From contig CBDCDC010000002.1 in NCBI GenBank assembly GCA_965215195.1, forward strand, positions 3,808,001 through 3,872,000: 64,000 nt of DNA, written 5' to 3'. Positions 30,731 to 40,273 of this stretch are shown here, one piece after another. The first letter of the stretch is position 1, and every line of letters begins with the position of its first letter. A model generated the notes under the pieces. It saw nothing but the letters and a program-made list of their open reading frames with translations. It searched no databases and was not told the DNA's origin. This stretch comes from Candidatus Latescibacterota bacterium. GTDB lineage: Bacteria; Latescibacterota; UBA2968; UBA8231. The position numbers were made by a program, and so were the translations under genes.

Positions 30731-30822
30731 AAACCCTCAGCGGTTCGGCGGCGCGGCTCGACGGATCACGGCGAAAGGGATTCCCGCTTGTCTTGCTCCG
30801 CAAGGTGAAGCGCGGGAATGAC
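30719..30822. repeat. Solo MITE end plus ATTCCCGC..GCGGGAAT palindrome
   Basis: GAAGCGGTCTGAAAA at 30719 is identical to the MITE end at 2851; palindromic arms at ~30780-30820. Confidence 0.6.
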
Positions 30823-30878
30823 AATGGGGACGACAGGAAGCCACAGACGATAAAGGCTGCGTAACGTCTGAATTATAC

Positions 30879-31002
30879 CTAACTACACGACACCAATAAC
30901 TTGTCGTTGATGGGCGATGAGTCCGGGATCGAGGGCGTCCCGCCCTCGACGAGGGCAAGATGCCCTCAATCCGAGGGTAAGGCCCTACTGTCGTGTACTT
31001 AG
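30879..31002. mobile_element. 124-bp MITE with 9-bp target duplication
   Basis: Inverted repeats CTAACTACACGACA / CTAAGTACACGACA (13/14); GAATTATAC at 30870-30878 and 31003-31011; internal GAGGGCGTCCCGCCCTC hairpin. Confidence 0.8.
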
Positions 31003-31063
31003 GAATTATACAAAAGAAGACATGGCAATGGAAGTTTTGGATGTTGACAGGAGGCAAGAGCGC

Positions 31064-32221
31064 ATGGAAGACAATCAAGCTAGTAGTAACGGACAAGCTG
31101 CAAATCCACGCATTATCATCGACGCTAGCTACATTCGCGGCATGAGCAAAGACGGTGCGCCGCTTCGCACCATGAGTGAACAAGGCGGCCGCATCGTTAT
31201 AACCGATACTTTAGCTCGCGAGCTTTTAACGTCAGATCGCAATCGATGGCCCGCAGAGAAGCAGAAGCTGGTGGAGTGCCGGGACGCTGTTGAGGTCTGG
31301 AAACATGTACCCGAGATGTATAGGATCGAGATTGAAAAGAACCGTCCGTACGGCGATCCTTTACGTCCTAAAAAAACTAAATGTATGCGAAAAATATTAA
31401 AAGAGAATCCAGATTTTCGATCTGACAATTTGGAGACACTAGTTGAGGATTGGAAGCAAGAAGCAGAAAGCGAAAGTAGTCTTGAATTATTGCGGATCCT
31501 CGCAACTTCTCAATCGCCATTTAGCGAAGAAGATATAAAAAAAATTAGAAACAGAGACCCCAATAATAAGGAAGTCGTTCAGGTCTGTTACAATTTGGTC
31601 AACGACCCAGAGAATATTCGGTTAGTAGTGAAGAATGTTGTTCAAAATCCCGATAAAGTAGATCACACTTGGGTCCTATGGCATCTATCTAAATCGCTTC
31701 TTGCAGTGCGTTGTGATAGAGAATGCCGAGGTAAAGATAAGTTTAAGAAAATATCAAATAAAAAATTGGCCAATATAAAACATGACTTAGACTACTTAGT
31801 TTTATTGGCATTCGCAGACGCGATTGCATCTCGCGAAACAAAAGGGGAACAGTTTTACTATCGTCGGTGGATGTTTGGCGATGGATCAAAGCCGTTGATA
31901 CGTTCTTATGAAAAAGAACAAATTATGCACAAATTCAGACAGATGTCCAAAGTCGTGGTTCTCGTAACCGAACAGCTAGATGGATATATATGTGCTCTCG
32001 ATCTGTGGAGCCAAATATCAATAAAGGATTCGGAGAAATTACCTACGAGCGTATTTATCTCTCGTAGAACCAAAGGAGATTTTGAACTGTTTTACGGATC
32101 AATCTGGAGACATATCACAGAAATTCTAACGGGCTATTCGACAACAGAACTTCGGGAATTTGGTGGGGTCGTATTTGTGGATACCACAACACTGGATCCT
32201 CTATTTGAGCCTTCAGTATAA
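31064..32221 (+). CDS. Hypothetical protein, PIN-like domain fused to a ~95-aa C-terminal domain (copy 2, intact)
   Basis: Same motifs as copy 1 in a single ORF; ATG after AGGAGG. Confidence 0.6.
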   Translation: MEDNQASSNGQAANPRIIIDASYIRGMSKDGAPLRTMSEQGGRIVITDTLARELLTSDRNRWPAEKQKLVECRDAVEVWKHVPEMYRIEIEKNRPYGDPLRPKKTKCMRKILKENPDFRSDNLETLVEDWKQEAESESSLELLRILATSQSPFSEEDIKKIRNRDPNNKEVVQVCYNLVNDPENIRLVVKNVVQNPDKVDHTWVLWHLSKSLLAVRCDRECRGKDKFKKISNKKLANIKHDLDYLVLLAFADAIASRETKGEQFYYRRWMFGDGSKPLIRSYEKEQIMHKFRQMSKVVVLVTEQLDGYICALDLWSQISIKDSEKLPTSVFISRRTKGDFELFYGSIWRHITEILTGYSTTELREFGGVVFVDTTTLDPLFEPSV

Positions 32222-32222
32222 T

Positions 32223-32720
32223 ATGCCTAACAGAAGTAATCTGAGTAATCTGTACACTGGTAAGGCTGGTCATTTAGCCGTTATGGCAGAGCTTCTTTTT
32301 CGGGGTTGGAATACAGCCATTCCAGAAGTAGATATAGGCGACGACATTTTCGTCGTCCACGACAGAAAAGGGGACCTGTACCGAGTACAAGTGAAGACGG
32401 CTGTGGCAAAATCGCATCAGTATGGGCACAGCGCACAGTTCAATATTCCGATCTCGCAGCTTCAGAAGGAGATGGATCCAGATATAACATACGTTTTTGC
32501 GGTTCGGCTCCACACTCGGCATCAAAGCCGTTGGGATGATTTTGTCATAATTGACCGGCGGGATATAGAGAAATACCGGGAGGGTGGCATGGGCAGTGAA
32601 AGCAAAGATAGTCTTTTGTTGCGTTTGCGTTTCGAGGAGGAGAGTATTACCTGCAAAGGGTACGACCTATCGCAATACAGAAACGACTGGGATACGCGCT
32701 TTCCCGTTATCGAACACTGA
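32223..32720 (+). CDS. Small PD-(D/E)XK-type nuclease
   Basis: G.AG...V.AEL..RGW....PEVDIGDDI...RVQVKT. Confidence 0.65.
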   Translation: MPNRSNLSNLYTGKAGHLAVMAELLFRGWNTAIPEVDIGDDIFVVHDRKGDLYRVQVKTAVAKSHQYGHSAQFNIPISQLQKEMDPDITYVFAVRLHTRHQSRWDDFVIIDRRDIEKYREGGMGSESKDSLLLRLRFEEESITCKGYDLSQYRNDWDTRFPVIEH

Positions 32721-32751
32721 GAGTACTTCGGATCAAAGTGCTCTGAACGAA

Positions 32752-32767
32752 AAACTTTCTTGGTAGA
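32752..32767 (+). repeat. Right copy of the 16-bp direct repeat (displaced nadK 3' end)
   Basis: Reads ..LNEKLSW* versus nadK ..LSEKLSW*. Confidence 0.85.
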
Positions 32768-32776
32768 GGAGATGCT

Positions 32777-33376
32777 ATGCATGTGGCAGTAATCGGCGCG
32801 GATCGCCCTTGGGGAACGCTGCTGGCGGCGGGATTGAGTGCGGAGTTTGAGGTGGTGGCACTCGGCGCAGAAGAGACCAGCGACCTAGCTGGCTACCGGC
32901 AGGTCGATTTGCTCCAGCGCGAAGCATTAGACCTGGCACTAACAGGTGTAGAGGCCATCGTCCACGCGGCGGGCGGCGATTCGGTCGGCGACGACGAACA
33001 GGCCCTGCTCGACACTGCGGCGCGAGGTACCTACGTGGCACTGACGGCCGCCTGTGCCGTGGGCATTGAGAAAGTGGTGCTGCTGAGTTGTCTCGATTTG
33101 GTGCGCGACTACCCAGAAGAATATCTAGTGGATCCGCAGTGGAATGCCTTGCCGCGGGCCGAGGCCAAGTCGCTGGCACCGCTTATGGCCGAACTGGTCG
33201 GCCGCGAGATCGCCCGCACCGGACAGCTCGAAGTGCGCTGTTTGCGCCTCGGCGAATTGGGTGCGGAGACCTCGGCCGAAGACGCTGTGGAAGCCGTGCG
33301 CCAAGCCCTTGCTGCCGAGCGCGAAGGGCACCACTGGTCGCTATCACATGTGGCGTCGAGCGGGCGCTTCGCCTAA
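32777..33376 (+). CDS. Short NAD-dependent epimerase/dehydratase-like protein
   Basis: Rossmann-like start (VAVIGA), EAIVHAA, GTY.., degenerate active site. Confidence 0.6.
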   Translation: MHVAVIGADRPWGTLLAAGLSAEFEVVALGAEETSDLAGYRQVDLLQREALDLALTGVEAIVHAAGGDSVGDDEQALLDTAARGTYVALTAACAVGIEKVVLLSCLDLVRDYPEEYLVDPQWNALPRAEAKSLAPLMAELVGREIARTGQLEVRCLRLGELGAETSAEDAVEAVRQALAAEREGHHWSLSHVASSGRFA

Positions 33377-33385
33377 GGGGGCATT

Positions 33386-34183
33386 ATGGCAACAGTGAAC
33401 GAAGGCAAGGTGGTGTTGTTTGGGGCGGGTGGCCCGGTCGGAGCGTCCGCGATCGTTGCGCTCAAAGGCCACTACACGTTGCGGGTGACCGATCTCCGGC
33501 CGATGACCGAGGTTGCGGTCGCGCCGCCGCAAAGTCCCCGGGCACCGATCCCGCAGGTGCTGGGGCCGCCGCACGAAAATCGGGTTGTCGATATTACCGA
33601 CTACGCGCAAGTGTTGGCCGCCTGCGAGGGCATGGACGCGGCCATCAATGTATCCGTCATCCGGCCGCATCCGGTGCTGGCCTTCCAAGTCAATATGGTC
33701 GGCGCGTACAACGTGGCCAAAGCCTGCGTCGCCGGCCGGGTAAAAAGGCTGATCCACACCGGGCCTTTTCACACTTCGCTGGACCACAATGCCGACTATT
33801 GGAACGACTTTCAAGTGGAAGCCGACATCCCGCTGCATCCAGGCGACGACCTCTATGCGCTGAGCAAGTATTTAGGGGGGCACATTACGCGCGTGTTTGC
33901 CGAGCGCGAGGGTCTAGAAGTGCTCTCCTTTGTCTATACGCATTTTCGCCCAAGGGAAGTGCTGCCCGAGGAATGGGGAAGCGGCGTACATCCATATACG
34001 ACCTCGTGGGAAGATACCGGGGAGGCGTTTTTGTATGGGCTGCGAGCGCCTGAGATGCCGTCGCCCTATGAGAATTTCTTCATTTGCGCCCGGCTGCCGC
34101 ACGACAAGTACCGGCCCGACAAGGCCCAGCGGCTCTTGGGGTGGGAGGCCAAGGACCGGTTTGAAGCTCTGTACCGGCGGTAG
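33386..34183 (+). CDS. NAD-dependent epimerase/dehydratase (extended SDR)
   Basis: FGAGGPVG, VN.VGAYNV, YALSK. Confidence 0.8.
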   Translation: MATVNEGKVVLFGAGGPVGASAIVALKGHYTLRVTDLRPMTEVAVAPPQSPRAPIPQVLGPPHENRVVDITDYAQVLAACEGMDAAINVSVIRPHPVLAFQVNMVGAYNVAKACVAGRVKRLIHTGPFHTSLDHNADYWNDFQVEADIPLHPGDDLYALSKYLGGHITRVFAEREGLEVLSFVYTHFRPREVLPEEWGSGVHPYTTSWEDTGEAFLYGLRAPEMPSPYENFFICARLPHDKYRPDKAQRLLGWEAKDRFEALYRR

Positions 34184-34575
34184 CATTTGCTATCCGCGAT
34201 AATTCCCGCACCTCTCAACTCAAAATGCAGCGAGTGCATTTTTATAGCCTTGCTTTTCTGCCCGTGCCTCGACAAAACCGGTCGGCAGATCGGCTTGGGG
34301 GTCCGGTCCGTTCGCGTTCACTAACGGCTACTATCCCTACGAAGACAACCAAGCCGTGCATCGGGTCTTTGGCGAGCTTCCCCTGAGCTCCAGCTCGGCG
34401 AGACAGCCCTGTGGCGGAGCTTTCAGCATCTGACCGATTTGACGCAAATGTATCGCACAAAAAAGACAACCCAAAGCAAAAAAAGTGATAAAACCCTAGC
34501 CGCCTCGGAGAAGGGGCCGGGGGAAGAGGCTGCGGGGAGCCTACCCACTGGCCACTATCCACTAAGGAAGACACC

Positions 34576-35310
34576 GTGACCAAAGTCGTGGCCGCGCTAG
34601 TGCGGCGGATCGTGGCCGCGCTGCGCGATTTGGTGCCCATCATCATCGTCATTGCGTTCTTTCAGATCGCGGTGTTGCAGCAGCCCTTTCCCCATCTCGG
34701 GCGCGTCGCGGTCGGGCTGGTCTGCGTGATTGCCGGCCTGACGCTCTTTATTCAGGGACTCGAAAGCGGGCTTTTTCCCCTCGGCGAGGCCCTAGCGCAG
34801 GCCTTTGCGCGCAAGGGGAGCGCGACCGCGCTGCTGGCTTTTGCCTTTTGCTTGGGCTTTGGCACCACGGTCGCAGAGCCGGCCCTGATCGCGGTGGCCG
34901 CGGAGGCGGCCGAGGTGGCCGCGGAAGCCGGTGCCATTGCCAGCGACGATGCAGTGCGCGCCGCGTACGCGTTTGAGTTGCGCCTCGTGGTCGCGGTCTC
35001 GGTCGGCGTGGCGATTGTGTTGGGGGTGCTGCGCATCCTCAAGGGCTGGCCGATTCAGCGGCTGATCATTGGAGGCTACGCGCTCGTTACTGCGATGACC
35101 GCGTTTGCGCCCGACGAGATCATCGGCGTGGCCTACGACAGCGGCGGGGTCACCACCAGTACGATCACTGTGCCGCTCGTCACCGCGTTGGGCGTTGGGC
35201 TGTCCGCGTCGATCCGGGGGCGCAACCCGATGATCGACGGCTTTGGGCTCATCGCGTTTGCCAGCCTGACGCCCATGATTTTTGTACTCGCCTACGGCAT
35301 GGTGGTCTGA
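34576..35310 (+). CDS. DUF1538-family membrane protein
   Basis: [36 protein letters not shown]. Confidence 0.8.
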   Translation: MTKVVAALVRRIVAALRDLVPIIIVIAFFQIAVLQQPFPHLGRVAVGLVCVIAGLTLFIQGLESGLFPLGEALAQAFARKGSATALLAFAFCLGFGTTVAEPALIAVAAEAAEVAAEAGAIASDDAVRAAYAFELRLVVAVSVGVAIVLGVLRILKGWPIQRLIIGGYALVTAMTAFAPDEIIGVAYDSGGVTTSTITVPLVTALGVGLSASIRGRNPMIDGFGLIAFASLTPMIFVLAYGMVV

Positions 35311-35312
35311 GG

Positions 35313-36104
35313 GTGGAATTCCTGCGTACTTTTGCGGAGACGGCACGAGCCACCGCGCTCGACGTGGTGCCGATCGTCGGCATCCTCGTCCTGTTTCAGG
35401 TCGCGGTGCTGCGCCGCAAGCTGCCCAATCTGCGCCGGATCGCGACCGGGTTCGTCTTCGTCCTGTTGGGGCTCACCCTCTTCCTCATCGGCTTGGAGGA
35501 GGCACTTTTTCCCATCGGCGAGACCATGGCGCGTCAACTCACTGCGCCCGAGACCATTGGCGCGGCGAGCTTGGCCGACGGGGTCGATTGGTACGACTAC
35601 CTGTTAGTCTATGCCTTTGCCGCGGCCATTGGCTTTGCTACTACGGTGGCCGAACCCGCGCTCATCGCGGTCGCGCTCAAGGCCGAAGAGGTCTCGGGCG
35701 GCGCGGTCAATGCCTGGGGCTTGCGGCTCGCAGTGGCGTTGGGGGTCGCTGTGGGGGTGGCACTGGGCTGCTTTCGCATTGTCACCGGCACGCCCCTGCC
35801 CTGGTACATCATTGCCGCGTACGTCGTGGTGATCGTCCAGACCTTTTGGTCGAGCCGGACCATCGTGCCGTTGGCCTACGACAGCGGCGGGGTCACCACC
35901 TCGACCGTCACCGTGCCGGTGGTGACCGCGCTGGGCTTGGGGCTGGCGGCCACCGTGCCCGGGCGCAGTCCCCTGATCGACGGCTTCGGGCTCATCGCGT
36001 TTGCCAGCGTCTTTCCCATCATGTCTGTGCTCGGCTACGCCTTGGGCGCGTCGTGGGTAGGCCGCCGGCGCAACGCCAACACCAACCATTCCGAGGAGAC
36101 CTAA
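35313..36104 (+). CDS. DUF1538-family membrane protein (second paralogue)
   Basis: Same motifs as the preceding gene. Confidence 0.8.
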   Translation: MEFLRTFAETARATALDVVPIVGILVLFQVAVLRRKLPNLRRIATGFVFVLLGLTLFLIGLEEALFPIGETMARQLTAPETIGAASLADGVDWYDYLLVYAFAAAIGFATTVAEPALIAVALKAEEVSGGAVNAWGLRLAVALGVAVGVALGCFRIVTGTPLPWYIIAAYVVVIVQTFWSSRTIVPLAYDSGGVTTSTVTVPVVTALGLGLAATVPGRSPLIDGFGLIAFASVFPIMSVLGYALGASWVGRRRNANTNHSEET

Positions 36105-36107
36105 GCC

Positions 36108-36458
36108 ATGAGACTCAAGCTGATCGTCGCCTTGGTCAGCGACGACAAGACCGACCCGGTGATCGATGCGGCGAGGGCCGGCGGTGCGACCGGCGCCACG
36201 ATCATCACGGGTGTGCGCGGCGAGGGGCTGAAACCGCAGAAGACCTTTTTCGGCCTCGACTTGGCGGCCAAGCGCGACGTCGTCCTGTTCTTGGTGGTCG
36301 AGACGCGGGCGCGCGACATCTTGGAGCGCATCCGCGAGGCCGGGCGTTTTGAGCAAGAGCCCGGGGCCGGCATTGCCTTCCAGATCCCGATTGAGGACGC
36401 AGTCGGCCTCAGCACCCAACTCCCCACCATCCTCGAAGAGATAGAAGACGAAATATGA
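36108..36458 (+). CDS. PII-like signalling protein
   Basis: MRLKLI.A, GATGATI...RGEG, G.GIAF..PIE..VGL. Confidence 0.85.
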   Translation: MRLKLIVALVSDDKTDPVIDAARAGGATGATIITGVRGEGLKPQKTFFGLDLAAKRDVVLFLVVETRARDILERIREAGRFEQEPGAGIAFQIPIEDAVGLSTQLPTILEEIEDEI

Positions 36459-36856
36459 ACGAGAAAAGTACCATTCGGGTCGGAGACGTCATGGGCTCCG
36501 AGCTCTACACGATCGACAGGCTGGCGACCGCGGCCGCGGCCATGGCCCTGATGAAGCGCCACGGGGTCAGCTCGCTGGCGGTTGACCGGCGCGACGACGA
36601 CGACGAATTCGGCCTGCTCGTGGTCGCCGATGTCGCACGCGAGGTAATCGCCGAGAACCGCGCCCCCGAGCGCGTCAACGTGTACGAGATCATGTCGAAG
36701 CCGGTGTTGACCCTGCCGTCGGACATGCTCGCCCGCTACGCAGTGCGCTTGCTCGTGCGCTTTGAACTCTCCCGTGCGGTGGTCGTCGACTGCGACCGCA
36801 ACCCGCTCGGCATGGTGACCTTGCGCGATCTCGTCCTGAGTCATGTGGTGGAGTGA
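36455..36856 (+). CDS. Stand-alone CBS-pair protein
   Basis: V.DVM, V.EIMSKP, GMVT.RDL. Confidence 0.85.
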   Translation: MNEKSTIRVGDVMGSELYTIDRLATAAAAMALMKRHGVSSLAVDRRDDDDEFGLLVVADVAREVIAENRAPERVNVYEIMSKPVLTLPSDMLARYAVRLLVRFELSRAVVVDCDRNPLGMVTLRDLVLSHVVE

Positions 36857-37057
36857 TGGGTTGCTTTATTCTGGGGCATTTTTCGCATCCTGTTGTCCGA
36901 TTCCCTGACACTTTGGTATGATAGGAGGACCCCGACCAGCACAGAGCAGGCTTTTCAAAAGCGTTAGGGAATCAGCACTTGTTGGAGAAAGATGGTTCGC
37001 ATGTACGGCTTCCAACCACTCAATGCGCTATTTTCAACCTTTAGCAAGTGAAGTAAC

Positions 37058-40000
37058 ATGAGACTGTCGAGCAAGTGCATTTTGCTATTGATCGGGGCCG
37101 CGGCACCCGCAGCGGCGCAAGAGACGGGCACTGTCGCCATCGCCGTGGTCGACGCGGCGAGCGAGCGTTCCTTGGAATCGGTCTTGGTCCATATCCCGGC
37201 CCTGAAACTGGGCGGGTTGTCAGACGCGCAGGGCCAGCTCACCATCCTCGAGGTGCCGGCGGGTTCGCACGAATTGCACGTCGAGTTGATCGGCTATGCG
37301 ACCGCGACCGCGACCGTCGCGGTGGTCGCCGAGCAGACCACGAGCGTTGAGTTGCGATTAGCGCCCAGTGCGCTCCTCCTCGAGGAGGTAGCGGTGACGG
37401 GCACGGCCTTTGAAGAGTCCCCCATCAGTTTGCCCTACGCGGTCGCCGTGGTCGGCCGGGAAAAGATGGAACAGCAGGGGTCTCCGCAACTCGTCGATTT
37501 ATTCAAGAACTTGAGTGCCAGCCACGGGGTAATCGGCGAGCGGAGCAGTTGGTACAACGCCAACCAAGCCGCCACCCTTACGGAGAGCATCGCCAACGTG
37601 AACCTGCGCGGACTGGGGGCTTCGCGGACGCTGGTGTTGATCAACAGCCGCCGCCAGACCTATGTCCCAGCGCGCTTGATTGGTGGGCGCTTCGTGGATG
37701 TAAATGCCATCCCGGCCATCGCCATAGACCGGGTCGAGGTGCTCAAGGAAGGGGCCTCGGCCATCTATGGATCGGATGCCGTGGCCGGCGTGGCCAATTT
37801 TTTGACTCGCGACGACTTTGAGGGCTTTGAGGTCTCGGCTGCCCACGAACATTTTGCCGGCGCGGGCGATACAAACACCGGCGTTATATGGGGTGAGAAA
37901 CTCGGCAGTGCCCATGCGGTTATTGCGGCGGAATGGATGCGGCGTCAGGAGCTGAAGATCACAGAGCGGGACTACCTGCTGCAACCGTGGCACGGCGACG
38001 GGCAGCGCCTAGGATGGTCGAGCATAGGGAATCCCGGCACCTTTGCCGTTGGTTCTCCTGCCCCATGGACCGCCACTATCCACGCCCCCCTTTGTGAGCA
38101 GTTTGGCGGCTTCCGGGAATCTTGGACCTGCCGTTTCCGCTATCAGCCTTGGGACAACCTGATCGAGGACATCAGCCATACCCGCGCTTTTGCCGAGCTC
38201 AATGGTTCTCTGGACAGTGGCACTAATTATCACATCGAGGGTCTGTGGGCCGAGGCCGAGATTCCCGATTGGTACACGACCCCTTCGTATCCCCCTTTCC
38301 CCCTGACGGACACGAGCATCATGGAGGTCGCGCCCGAGCACCCGGGCCGGCAGGCATTCTGCGAGGACTACGGCGGTGAGGCCGGCAGCCCCTACTACGA
38401 CGAATGCCAAGGCGACGAGAACTGGTATTTCAACGGTCGTCCATTTGGCAACTCAGGCCCCGGGCGCACCCTAAGCCGCGACTCCCGCACGTGGCGCGTG
38501 GCGGCTTCCGCGCAGGGCGAATTTGCGTCATTGGGTGGTCGAGAGACCCATTTTGACCTCGGTCTGTCCTATTCCCGCACCGAGGGCAACTACAATCTGC
38601 CGGGGGTGTACGTCGAGCGGATATTCCTCGGCTTCCGCGGTTTTGGCGGGCCAGATTGCGGCGTTGGCGTGGAGGCCGATCCCACATCCCTTGCTGGGAT
38701 GCGGCTCAGCGCGCTCAATGGCCAAGTGGCTGGTCAGGGCAACTGCCAGTACTACAACCCCTTTAGCAATGCCATTGAGTTTTCCCAGCAACCTCGCTCG
38801 GATTTTGCAAACGAGGCGAATCCCAATTACCGCGCCAGCCTTGCCAACAGCCCCGAATTGCGGCAATGGCTCAATCAGGAGGTCGATCTACAAAGCACCG
38901 CGGATATATTGGTCGCCGATGCGACGCTGACGGGAAGCTGGATTGAGGACGTCGCCAGTTACGCGGCCGGCTATCAGTTCCGCCTGCTCAATGCCAGCGG
39001 CGATCCCAACGACCTAGGCGACGTGGAACTCAATCCCTGCCCGGTTGTGGGCGATGACAGTTGCTCAGCGGAAGATAAGTTCGGCCCTTATGCGTTTACG
39101 AATGTGCATCGGCCTTATGACGAAGATCAGACGGTGCATCGCTTCTTTGCCGAGATTCCCCTGAGCTTGGGAGCGCGCTTTGACACCCAGCTCGCCGCCA
39201 ATTACGAGTTCCACGATGTGGCGAGCAGCTTTGATCCCAAGTTCGGTTGGCGCTATCAGCTAGCGGAATCCCCGACCCAATCCTTGTTTCTGCGCGGCTC
39301 GGTGCAGACGACGTTTCGCACGCCCTCGCTGGACGATGTGAATGAAAGCCCGCTTTCGACGCTCGAGTGGATCAATGAGACAGGTGCCTATCAAACGGTG
39401 GACCGATTCGGGAGCAAGGACCTCAAACCCGAACAGGCTTTTACCTATAATGCGGGCCTCGTCTTGGTCACCGAGGCGGGCTTTGACGCGACTTTTGACT
39501 ACTGGAGCTACGATTTCAAGGATGTGATCGGCACCATGCCCTACGGGGCGATTACTAGCCTCTACGCAGACGAGGATCAGAGCATCCGGGACGCAGTGAA
39601 GCGATTCATCGTCTGCCCGGACGGAATAGGCACTGGCACCTGCGCGGCCTCAGCACTCGAGCGGGTGCAAGTTGATCTCGTCAATTGGCCGGGGGTCAAG
39701 ACCTCGGGGTTAGACGTGCATCTGGGGGCGCAAATGCAGGCGGGACCCGGGCAATTTGCGGCCAGTTTGGACGGAACCTATACGCTCGAATACCGGACCA
39801 AGGCCCTGACGCTGGGCGATTTGGTGCTGCAAGAGGAGGCAGACGCGGCCGGCTACCTGAACTTTGGCAATCCCATTGCGACCTCGCTTCCCAAGTTGAA
39901 GAGCCAAGCATCGGCGGGCTATCACTGGGAAACCTATAGCTTCGTGAGTTACCTGAACTACGTTTCGTCTTACGAGGACCGGGGATCGATGAATTCCGCG

Positions 40001-40222
40001 ACGAAGAAAATCAGAGAATTATTCGGGACCATTGACCCGTTCCTCACGTGGGATGTGACCTTCCTGTGGAACTTGTCCAAGGGCGTCCACATCGTGCTTT
40101 CGGGAATGAACCTGCTCGCTAGTAAGCCGCCGCTGGCGAACATTGAGCAAGCGTACGATGGCTTTACGCACGACCCCAAGGGACGGCGGTTGAAGATAGC
40201 GGTCTCTTGGTTTGGCGAGTGA
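37058..40222 (+). CDS. TonB-dependent receptor with N-terminal carboxypeptidase-regulatory-like domain
   Basis: Signal peptide, EEVAVTG, NLRGLG..RTLVLIN, IDRVEVLKEGASAIYGSDA.AGV.N, LKPE, GRR near the C-terminus. Confidence 0.93.
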   Translation: MRLSSKCILLLIGAAAPAAAQETGTVAIAVVDAASERSLESVLVHIPALKLGGLSDAQGQLTILEVPAGSHELHVELIGYATATATVAVVAEQTTSVELRLAPSALLLEEVAVTGTAFEESPISLPYAVAVVGREKMEQQGSPQLVDLFKNLSASHGVIGERSSWYNANQAATLTESIANVNLRGLGASRTLVLINSRRQTYVPARLIGGRFVDVNAIPAIAIDRVEVLKEGASAIYGSDAVAGVANFLTRDDFEGFEVSAAHEHFAGAGDTNTGVIWGEKLGSAHAVIAAEWMRRQELKITERDYLLQPWHGDGQRLGWSSIGNPGTFAVGSPAPWTATIHAPLCEQFGGFRESWTCRFRYQPWDNLIEDISHTRAFAELNGSLDSGTNYHIEGLWAEAEIPDWYTTPSYPPFPLTDTSIMEVAPEHPGRQAFCEDYGGEAGSPYYDECQGDENWYFNGRPFGNSGPGRTLSRDSRTWRVAASAQGEFASLGGRETHFDLGLSYSRTEGNYNLPGVYVERIFLGFRGFGGPDCGVGVEADPTSLAGMRLSALNGQVAGQGNCQYYNPFSNAIEFSQQPRSDFANEANPNYRASLANSPELRQWLNQEVDLQSTADILVADATLTGSWIEDVASYAAGYQFRLLNASGDPNDLGDVELNPCPVVGDDSCSAEDKFGPYAFTNVHRPYDEDQTVHRFFAEIPLSLGARFDTQLAANYEFHDVASSFDPKFGWRYQLAESPTQSLFLRGSVQTTFRTPSLDDVNESPLSTLEWINETGAYQTVDRFGSKDLKPEQAFTYNAGLVLVTEAGFDATFDYWSYDFKDVIGTMPYGAITSLYADEDQSIRDAVKRFIVCPDGIGTGTCAASALERVQVDLVNWPGVKTSGLDVHLGAQMQAGPGQFAASLDGTYTLEYRTKALTLGDLVLQEEADAAGYLNFGNPIATSLPKLKSQASAGYHWETYSFVSYLNYVSSYEDRGSMNSATKKIRELFGTIDPFLTWDVTFLWNLSKGVHIVLSGMNLLASKPPLANIEQAYDGFTHDPKGRRLKIAVSWFGE

Positions 40223-40273
40223 CCGACTCATACATACTGGATTACATCATCTCATCTCATCATTGAGTAGCCC

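Noticed and set aside
30917-31063. N-terminal extension of PIN-like copy 2 in the ORF track
   Set aside because: It runs through a MITE; the RBS and the paralogue alignment favour ATG 31064.
29413-31183. Two similar minus-strand ORFs (MFTHGAKRRTV...)
   Set aside because: Antisense by-products of the duplicated 5' regions of the PIN-like genes.
36860-37057. Cobalamin riboswitch upstream of the TonB receptor
   Set aside because: No B12-box or other conserved elements recognised.
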